A stretch of 60,754 bases of DNA from an uncultured Candidatus Saccharibacteria bacterium (GTDB lineage: Bacteria; Patescibacteriota; Minisyncoccia; Minisyncoccales; GWA2-46-15): the NCBI GenBank assembly GCA_964437545.1, contig CAYTHH010000002.1, positions 1 through 60,754 of the forward strand, read 5' to 3'. The stretch's first letter is position 1. Each line of letters begins with the position of its first letter. Below the pieces are notes generated by a model that was not told the origin of the DNA, searched no databases, and was given only the letters and a program-made list of their open reading frames with translations. The position numbers were made by a program, and so were the translations under genes. Shown here in pieces: positions 54,586 to 60,754 of the stretch.

Positions 54586-55896
54586 CTAAAATGGCTCCGA
54601 TGGCGGAGCTGGTAAACAATAAAGGACTTGAACCAGAACGCTGTCATTGGCAGATCCGGCTGAATTACTGCAAGTTAATGTGTAGTTCTTAGTTAGAGCT
54701 AAAATTCCAGTTGATTCAGATCCGCTTGGCACAGCTTTTGAACCAGACCAATCTCCTGAGGCAGTACAACTGGTTGGATTATTGGTAGTAGTCCAAGATA
54801 GAGTAGCAGCGGTGTTGTAATTGATGGTCATTGGTCCATCTACCCCATTAGCTTTTAGGTTAACGGTTGGCTGCGAGACCTGGACATTGGCTTTGACTGT
54901 ATCAGTGGCCGTGCCACCCGGGCCTGTGCAGGTAATAGTATATGTTTTGTTGGAAGTCAAGTTGCCGGTTGATTGAGATCCGGAAACAGCTTTTGAACCA
55001 GACCAGTTTCCTGAAGCTGAGCAGGAAGTGGCGTTAGTTGAAGTCCAGAATAGAGTTGCCGCCGTATTGTAGGGAATGGTAATAGTGCCATTTTGATTAT
55101 TGATTTTCAGGTTAACTGTGGGCGCTGTAGCCTGGACATTGGCTTTGACTGTATCAGTGGCCGTGCCACCCGGGCCTGTGCAGGTAATAGTATATGTTTT
55201 GTTGGAAGTCAAGTTGCCGGTTGATTGAGATCCGGAAACAGCTTTTGAACCAGACCAGTTTCCTGAAGCTGAGCAGGAAGTGGCGTTAGTTGAAGTCCAG
55301 AATAGAGTTGCCGCCGTATTGTAGGGAATGGTAATAGTGCCATTTTGATTATTGATTTTCAGGTTAACTGTGGGAGGAGTAAAAATAGAAGAAACCGTAG
55401 CTTTAAAAACTACAAAACCTGCTACAGTATAACAGTTCATATAATCGCACTTTAAGTCTCCAAGATTAACTTGGATGTAACCATTGCCAATGCTGGCAGA
55501 AATATTTTGATTAGTGCCGTCATGATACCAAATAGCTGTGTTCTCAAAATTCAGTTTTTGGGATGAAGAAACGTTAATTGTTCCTGTATTAGTGATTGTC
55601 GAAAGATTATTGGCTGAAAGTCTGCCGGTACTGGTAATATTTGCCTGTCGGCTGGTAGGAAACTCAAGTTTAACTATAGTGTTACGAGCCCTAATAGTTG
55701 ACCAGGCTACATCATTAGTTCCGCAGTGATAATAAACAAGAAATTCAACCTGATCACCGGCACTGGCAGAAATAGGGTCTTGCCAAGTAGTCATTCCTTG
55801 AGTTCTATTAGCTAATCTAACGAGTTCCTTGTCTCCACTCATGATATTCCAGCCCGTAGTGCTAGCTAGAACAAAACCTGTGGCTAAAACTCCCAA
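54586..55896 (-). CDS. surface protein paralog with three about-84-aa Ig-like modules (two encoded by a perfect DNA repeat)
   Basis: The N-domain is homologous to 52755..54554 (WQDPISA..GD..F.VYYHCGT, CD...CYT). The start is uncertain, because the hydrophobic signal continues upstream of the only canonical start (TTG 55896). Confidence 0.7.
   Translation of the reverse strand: MGVLATGFVLASTTGWNIMSGDKELVRLANRTQGMTTWQDPISASAGDQVEFLVYYHCGTNDVAWSTIRARNTIVKLEFPTSRQANITSTGRLSANNLSTITNTGTINVSSSQKLNFENTAIWYHDGTNQNISASIGNGYIQVNLGDLKCDYMNCYTVAGFVVFKATVSSIFTPPTVNLKINNQNGTITIPYNTAATLFWTSTNATSCSASGNWSGSKAVSGSQSTGNLTSNKTYTITCTGPGGTATDTVKANVQATAPTVNLKINNQNGTITIPYNTAATLFWTSTNATSCSASGNWSGSKAVSGSQSTGNLTSNKTYTITCTGPGGTATDTVKANVQVSQPTVNLKANGVDGPMTINYNTAATLSWTTTNNPTSCTASGDWSGSKAVPSGSESTGILALTKNYTLTCSNSAGSANDSVLVQVLYCLPAPPSEPF
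54879..55382. repeat. perfect 252-bp tandem duplication inside the surface protein gene
   Basis: CCTGGACATTGGCTTTGACTGTATCAGTGGCC... starts at 54879 and again at 55131. I saw no mismatch by eye across either copy. Confidence 0.9.
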
Positions 55897-56108
55897 AACA
55901 GCGATAATGGTAATCGCTTTCCAGGAACTGATCTCTTTATTAAAAAGATTGTTCGTATTTTTTTAATTACTTTTTTATACTGCTTAATTAATTATCTTTT
56001 TATTCCCTCCTCATTAAAGACTTCTTTTGAAATCTTCATTGAGGAGAGTGCGGAAAACTTTGTTTTCCGCATCTTTCTTATTCTCGCCGCTCTCTCTCCT
56101 AAGAGCGA

Positions 56109-56957
56109 CTATGGAGACGGATCCGTTGGCGGGATGCAATCTTCTGGCGGGCACACCGGATCCACAGGGGGAGGATCAGTTGGTTCCACTATTGGATCCA
56201 CGGGGGGATCCGTTGGCGGGATGCAATCTTCTGGCGGGCACACCGGATCCACAGGGGGAGGATCAGTTGGTTCCACTATTGGATCCACGGGGGGATCCGT
56301 TGGCGGGATGGGATTACAGCCCGGACATTTTTCCTGTGGTTCTTGCGGCTGCCGCGAAGTCTCGTAATACTGCCACGCGACGTTTCCGCAAGCGTGAAAA
56401 ACTACGAAAGAGTACTCCGCGTTCTCCACTATTATCCAGGCCTCTGGCGCATTTTTGGGCGAGATGTTTACCATCCCGACCAAAGGCGCATTACAATGAC
56501 CGTCATCGGCTAAGTCGCCGCAAGCGGTCACCCACCACGACCCTAGAATAAACCGGCTGCTTGGCTCGCTAACTGGAAGATCGAGCCAAGCTAAGCCATA
56601 AGCTTCCTGGATGTAAGGCCAGGAAACCACTAACTCGTCCCAAGTAGTGGGACAGTTGATAGACCAACGATTATCACACCACTGGCTTGTTGTGGTGGTG
56701 GTATTTGGTGGTGTCGGCGTTGGGCTCGCCATACTAACTGTTTGGGTCGCCAAAGTTAATGTGGCATCAAAATTAATAAATTCAGGTGTCGGTGTTGCGG
56801 TCAGTACCGTTGGCGTTGCGGTCAGCATTGCCGTCGGTGCCGATGCCGACAATGGTTGGTATAAATACCAGCCCACCATGCCCCCTATCATACAGGCCAG
56901 GGTCAAACTAATTCCCAGCAAAACTAACCCCACCATTGGCCAAACAAAGTTTCTCAT
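56109..56957 (-). CDS. GC-rich hypothetical membrane-anchored/secreted protein with Thr/Pro linker, Cys-containing globular domain and 29-aa Pro-rich C-terminal repeats
   Basis: SD TAAGGAGG lies 7 nt before the ATG. N-terminal TM (VWPMVGLVLLGISLTLACMIGGMVGW). The competing plus-strand ORFs are low-complexity shadows. Confidence 0.65.
   Translation of the reverse strand: MRNFVWPMVGLVLLGISLTLACMIGGMVGWYLYQPLSASAPTAMLTATPTVLTATPTPEFINFDATLTLATQTVSMASPTPTPPNTTTTTSQWCDNRWSINCPTTWDELVVSWPYIQEAYGLAWLDLPVSEPSSRFILGSWWVTACGDLADDGHCNAPLVGMVNISPKNAPEAWIIVENAEYSFVVFHACGNVAWQYYETSRQPQEPQEKCPGCNPIPPTDPPVDPIVEPTDPPPVDPVCPPEDCIPPTDPPVDPIVEPTDPPPVDPVCPPEDCIPPTDPSP
56119..56310. repeat. 87-bp tandem repeat (2 full copies and 1 partial) encoding IPPTDPPVDPIVEPTDPPPVDPVCPPEDC
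   Basis: GGATCCGTTGGCGGGATGCAATCTTCTGGCGGGCACACCGGATCCACAGGGGGAGGATCAGTTGG... at 56119 and 56206, with a partial copy at 56293. Confidence 0.9.
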
Positions 56958-57118
56958 AGCACACCTCCTTATCAGAATGTACTTTCAAAATATATTTTAA
57001 AGAACCAGAGAAACACATTTCAAAAACATGTTTTTCTAGACCTTTAAATAATCTGAATTTTATTCAGATGTCCTATTTCAAATGTCCTATCTGAATACTG
57101 AACCTTACCACGCATTGC

Positions 57119-57784
57119 TTATCTTGTCAAGAACAATTCTGCCTCGACTATTAGTCTTTTAAAGTCTTTGCCCGGGGGCCAGCAAGTAATAAGATAAAGA
57201 AACTGCTTTGAATTACCTGAATTATTTTCTGGTAATGCCTGGCCTTTTTCTACAAAGACTTTATTGGTAACCATAAAATCATATTGTAAACCGGTAAAAT
57301 TAATTCTAATGTTATCCCCTGCTTGCAATTCTCCCAATTTACTGAAAACCCAATCATATCTTATCTTTGGCCAACCTGGTGGTGAAGAATGTCCTAGGAC
57401 AATTAATTTTCCTGACTGACCGGGTAAACTTGATTCAGGATAAACTACTACGCCATTTTTCAAGTCTCGGGTAATAGCTTTTATCTCGGTACTATTAGCA
57501 AAAATTAAAGGTGCTTCTAAGCCAAGCTTTGTAATTTCTAAACTATTTTCTTTTGGCGTTGGAAAAAACTCTTTTTGCATAGGAACTGGAGTTGGAGTTG
57601 AGGTTGGGATTGGTGTTTCTTGATGTAGTGTTGTAATCGGCACTTCAGTTAAAACAGCTACCTGCCTGGTCATAAAATTAAAAAACTGGATTATATTCAA
57701 AACCAAAAAAATAGAAATAAAGGAAAATAGGAAAAAGAAAAATACTTTTTTTGTTTCTTTAAAAAAATTTGATTCTTCAGCCAT
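57119..57784 (-). CDS. sortase-family transpeptidase
   Basis: N-terminal TM anchor and the catalytic triad context LIVLGHSS (His), LYLITCWPPG (Cys), KRLIVEA (Arg). ATG at 57784 is preferred over the TTG at 57793. Confidence 0.8.
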   Translation of the reverse strand: MAEESNFFKETKKVFFFFLFSFISIFLVLNIIQFFNFMTRQVAVLTEVPITTLHQETPIPTSTPTPVPMQKEFFPTPKENSLEITKLGLEAPLIFANSTEIKAITRDLKNGVVVYPESSLPGQSGKLIVLGHSSPPGWPKIRYDWVFSKLGELQAGDNIRINFTGLQYDFMVTNKVFVEKGQALPENNSGNSKQFLYLITCWPPGKDFKRLIVEAELFLTR

Positions 57785-57802
57785 TTTATTCAAAAGAAGT
57801 TC

Positions 57803-57823
57803 AAAAGGAGCTAAGCTCCTTTT
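57803..57823 (-). terminator. hairpin between the CAP-domain gene and the sortase gene
   Basis: AAAAGGAGC-TTA-GCTCCTTTT. Confidence 0.5.
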
Positions 57824-57826
57824 AGG

Positions 57827-58831
57827 TTAAATAATTAAGTTATGGGGAATCAAGCTGATAATGAGCTGTTTATCAACAAAGTTTGAAACGAAGAACAAAA
57901 GGATAAAAAAAGCCGCGTCTAAGGCCAGCTCGGGCCTCTTGATGCCCTCAATTAAATTAATGAGAAAGTTAAAAATTAAAGCGCCGATCAGGAAAAGCAA
58001 AAAAACGGTTATTGCTTGGGAAGTTATCCGGTCATATTGATTCGAACCAAAGTTAAAAACTTCAACCGGCAAATCAAAATTTCCTTTAATCTCAGCTAAA
58101 GGTTCCGGATTAAGGGTTTCCGTTGATGTTTCTGTAATCTCTAGCGGTACTTCGGTTTCACTGGGAACATTAAGCGGAGTCTCAACTTCTGGAGAAGAGC
58201 TTGAAATCGATTTAGGGGGCTGAACCGAACTGACAACTACCGGTTTGGCAGTAGGATTGCCAAAAAACTGAACAACAATAGTTGTTTCTTTGCCCTGAAA
58301 ATTACCGATTAAAACAGCAATGCCGATCTCTCTAAAATTAGGATTTAAAAGATTCTGCCGGTGCGAAGGAGATTCTTTCCAAGCTTTTTCGACCTCAGTT
58401 GAATCTAAAAACCCAATCGCTAGATTTTCTCCGGCCGCTTTATAAGTATAGCCGTTCTTTTTAAACCAATACCAAGGAGTAACCCCGCTTGGGCTAGTGT
58501 GGTTGAAATAACCATTGTTAATCATATCCTGAGCCTTAGCTAAAGCCGCCTGATTTAAAACCAAACTTTCTTTTAATGGCGATAATCCGATTGATTGTCT
58601 CTCCTGATTAGTCAGCTCTATTAAGGTTGAAGAAATAACTTCAGCAAAAAATGAAGTTTTGGGAAACAATAAATAAAATGGAAAAAGGATCAGCTTTAGC
58701 GCTAAAAATATCAAAAGGTAATAAGTTAAAAACTGGCGTTGGAGAGCCAGCGGCCTAAAAGAGTTTTCCTGGCAAGGAAAAAAGGCAATCTTTGACTGAT
58801 AAAAAAGATTTTTTAGATTAAAGAATTCCAT
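57827..58831 (-). CDS. CAP/SCP (YkwD-like) domain protein with N- and C-terminal membrane segments
   Basis: ELTNQERQSIGLSPL..., GYFNHTSP, AGENLA and SPSHRQNLLNPNFREIGIA are CAP-domain signatures. Confidence 0.8.
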   Translation of the reverse strand: MEFFNLKNLFYQSKIAFFPCQENSFRPLALQRQFLTYYLLIFLALKLILFPFYLLFPKTSFFAEVISSTLIELTNQERQSIGLSPLKESLVLNQAALAKAQDMINNGYFNHTSPSGVTPWYWFKKNGYTYKAAGENLAIGFLDSTEVEKAWKESPSHRQNLLNPNFREIGIAVLIGNFQGKETTIVVQFFGNPTAKPVVVSSVQPPKSISSSSPEVETPLNVPSETEVPLEITETSTETLNPEPLAEIKGNFDLPVEVFNFGSNQYDRITSQAITVFLLFLIGALIFNFLINLIEGIKRPELALDAAFFILLFFVSNFVDKQLIISLIPHNLII

Positions 58832-58838
58832 GGTCTAG

Positions 58839-58867
58839 ATTATAACATAATCTTTTACTTTAGTCAA
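58839..58867 (-). promoter_or_regulatory. consensus sigma70-type promoter placed for a leaderless transcript
   Basis: Minus strand reads TTGACT (58867-58862), 17-nt spacer, TATAAT (58844-58839), 7 nt, then the ATG (58831). Confidence 0.65.
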
Positions 58868-58960
58868 GAATAAAAAAGCCAGCTTTCCCAAGCCGACCTT
58901 CTTATAGCGAATCAGAAATTCGATATACTGGATATATTTAATCCATTATCAAATAAATCC

Positions 58961-59830
58961 TTAACTAATAGCTTCGGGAATAGCTTCAATTAAATCAAGC
59001 ACTGACAAAGAATCTTTCATTTTCTTTGCCGCCGTTTCCCCAGCCAAACCGTTAATATAAGCGGCCGCCTGAGCAGCAATAAAAGAATCTATGCCCTTGG
59101 CCAGAAAAGCACCGCAAATACCGGCGAAAGCATCTCCAATCCCCATTTTGCTAAGGTAAGGGCTGCCCGTTCTATTTATTGCCACTTCCTTTCCGTTTGA
59201 AATAATATCAATCTTGCCCTTTAAAACAATTGTTGTTTGAAGTTTTTCTGCTTCTTCCTGAACAATTTTTACTTTTTCTTCATCAGGAAGTTCATAGATT
59301 TCTCGACCGGTCAGAGCATAAAACTCATAAGTATTGGGGGTAATAACCGAATTTTCCCCTTTTATACCTTGAGGGCTTTTAGCCAAGGCGTAAATGGCAT
59401 CAGCATCAATAACCGCCGGTAAAGAATTATTTACTAAGAATTCAGCGATTGCCTCCTGAGTTTCTTTCGTCCTGCCCATACCGCCGCCAATCACCAAAGC
59501 ACTTTTGCCATGAGAAATTTCTTTAGCTGATTCAGCCATGGAAAGTAACGTCGCTAAATGTCTTTTTTCCAACCAATTGCCGTCTAAGGGGTAAGCAGCG
59601 ATTGCAGGAAAAAAAGAAGCAATAATGTCTGCCGCTCTTTTGGGAGCAATAACCCTAATAACATCTACTCCGGCTTTAAAGGCCGCTAGAGCCGAAATTG
59701 TCGGTTGACCTGAATAAAATTCAGACCCCCCGATTATTAGTAAAAGCCCGTAATCGTATTTTCTGACAGCTTTTTCTATCGGTCGTGGTTGATAAACGCT
59801 TTTTAATATTTCTTTAGTAACTTCGATCAT
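58961..59830 (-). CDS. nnrD: ADP-dependent NAD(P)H-hydrate dehydratase (YjeF C-terminal / Nnr2 type)
   Basis: Ribokinase-like fold with VIGGGMG and GIGDAFAGICGAFLAKG. Confidence 0.8.
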   Translation of the reverse strand: MIEVTKEILKSVYQPRPIEKAVRKYDYGLLLIIGGSEFYSGQPTISALAAFKAGVDVIRVIAPKRAADIIASFFPAIAAYPLDGNWLEKRHLATLLSMAESAKEISHGKSALVIGGGMGRTKETQEAIAEFLVNNSLPAVIDADAIYALAKSPQGIKGENSVITPNTYEFYALTGREIYELPDEEKVKIVQEEAEKLQTTIVLKGKIDIISNGKEVAINRTGSPYLSKMGIGDAFAGICGAFLAKGIDSFIAAQAAAYINGLAGETAAKKMKDSLSVLDLIEAIPEAIS

Positions 59831-60696
59831 CTTCGTATATTAATGTTTTTAAAATCAGGATGTCTTTTAGCTAAGAATAGATTTGATTCAAGCCAACCCT
59901 GGATATTACCGCATTCAAGCCAATCTCCTTCAAACTCATATCCATAAATCATTATACCCTCTTTAATCATTTGCTCAAGAGCATTAGCTAAAATGATTTC
60001 TCCCTTAAAAGTTTTGGATTTCTGCAAATAATCAAATATTACCGGAGTTAAAATATACTTTCCGACCGCAACAAAGTTTGAGGGTGCTTTTCCCGCACTG
60101 GGCTTTTCAACTATTTCTTTAATCTGATAAATTTTAGGAGCGACTTTTTTAATCTTAAAAGCACCGTAAGAACTGACCTTTTCTGGAGCCACTTTTTTCA
60201 TAGCCACCACTGGATGGCTATAGCCGTACTCGGCAAAAACTTTCATCATTTGCAAAAGACAAGGGGTTTTGGAAATAACAATGTCATCGCCAAAAGAAAC
60301 CATAAAAGGATTTTTACCAATTTTATCTTTAGCCTGAAGGATAGCATGACCATCTCCTAGGGGTTTTTTCTGGATCACTGAAGAAAACTTAAGATCGCGA
60401 AAACTTGCTTGGCTCTTCTTCAATTCGGTTAAAAGATCTTTTTTGTTTCTTTTTTCCAAAATCTTTTCTATTTTGGCATCGGCTTTAAAATAGTTTTCAA
60501 CAATCTTTTTACCGGGAGAATTCACAAAAATTATTTCATTAATACCGGATTCTTTAAATTCCTGAACGATATAGTCAAGAATTGGACGATTAAGCAAAGG
60601 CCAAAGCTCTTTGGGAAACACCTTTGAAAGAGGAAGAAACCGGGTTCCTAACCCGGCAATTGGCAATACTGCCTTTTTAATTGATTTATGTTGCAT
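59827..60696 (-). CDS. galU: UTP--glucose-1-phosphate uridylyltransferase
   Basis: KAVLPIAGLGTRFLPLSKVFPKELWPL is the GalU N-terminal signature. Confidence 0.9.
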   Translation of the reverse strand: MQHKSIKKAVLPIAGLGTRFLPLSKVFPKELWPLLNRPILDYIVQEFKESGINEIIFVNSPGKKIVENYFKADAKIEKILEKRNKKDLLTELKKSQASFRDLKFSSVIQKKPLGDGHAILQAKDKIGKNPFMVSFGDDIVISKTPCLLQMMKVFAEYGYSHPVVAMKKVAPEKVSSYGAFKIKKVAPKIYQIKEIVEKPSAGKAPSNFVAVGKYILTPVIFDYLQKSKTFKGEIILANALEQMIKEGIMIYGYEFEGDWLECGNIQGWLESNLFLAKRHPDFKNINIRR

Positions 60697-60699
60697 TAC

Positions 60700-60754
60700 A
60701 ATAACACAGTTGATATGCCGGCTTCGCCGTCATAATAACACAGTTGATATGCCG
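60700..60754. repeat. 21-bp direct repeat with 34-bp period, cut by the window end
   Basis: AATAACACAGTTGATATGCCG at 60700 and 60734, separated by GCTTCGCCGTCAT. Confidence 0.8.

Noticed and set aside
56027-57000. Plus-strand ORFs 56027..56551, 56134..56367 and 56647..57000
   Set aside because: They are repetitive G/S/T or P/L/R-rich translations of the antisense of the Pro-repeat gene. They have no SD. The minus-strand ORF has a strong SD, a TM anchor and a sensible domain layout.

Overview
This is a low-GC, gene-dense bacterial fragment; GC was judged by eye and not computed. Its content suggests a Patescibacteria/CPR-type genome, which is an inference. The supporting traits are an archaeal-type TyrRS and AspRS, a short enolase, a membrane-anchored MurF, a type IV pilin, a sortase, almost no Shine-Dalgarno sites on core genes, and promoters that sit directly on start codons.

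Layout:
- (1) 1-8.5 kb is an accessory region. It holds a 77-bp tandem repeat, a pilin gene, tRNA-Ala, a free-standing LAGLIDADG endonuclease that abuts tRNA-Tyr, and then an array of about 11 short same-strand single-gene units. Each unit is bounded by a conserved box (AAACAGGTTCTAACATCGTCC). Most units are followed by a hairpin, a T6 tract and a TGGTAAGAT promoter module. This looks like an integron/CALIN-type cassette array, but it has non-canonical sites, self-promoted cassettes and no integrase in the window. It is the strongest candidate for something new.
- (2) 8.5-10.7 kb holds a structured leader, an alkaline-phosphatase-superfamily gene and a PqqB-like MBL hydrolase.
- (3) 10.7-52.7 kb is core genome: tyrS, secA, mreCD-mrdA, greA, lysS, pyrG, serS, a murF/degT/femAB/ftsQ block, hrcA-grpE-dnaK-dnaJ with a CIRCE-like operator, tRNA-Lys, ctpA, rplI, rpmA, xerC/D, gltX, a dcw block (murG-ftsW-murD-[pyrF]-murL-like-mraY), dacA, aspS, eno and trxB.
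- (4) 52.7-58.9 kb is a surface island. It has two paralogous Ig-repeat adhesin-like proteins, a GC-rich foreign-looking Pro-repeat gene, a sortase and a CAP-domain protein.
- (5) The window ends with an NAD(P)HX dehydratase and galU.

Other oddities:
- An HDIG gene is broken by one in-frame TAG.
- A promoter/SD-equipped 24-aa hydrophobic peptide gene has a long structured 3' UTR.
- The 3' end of tRNA-Lys is duplicated around 83-bp tandem units.
- Several tandem duplications copy gene boundaries exactly.

The standard genetic code applies; TGA, TAG and TAA all terminate good genes. No CRISPR array and no rRNA were seen.
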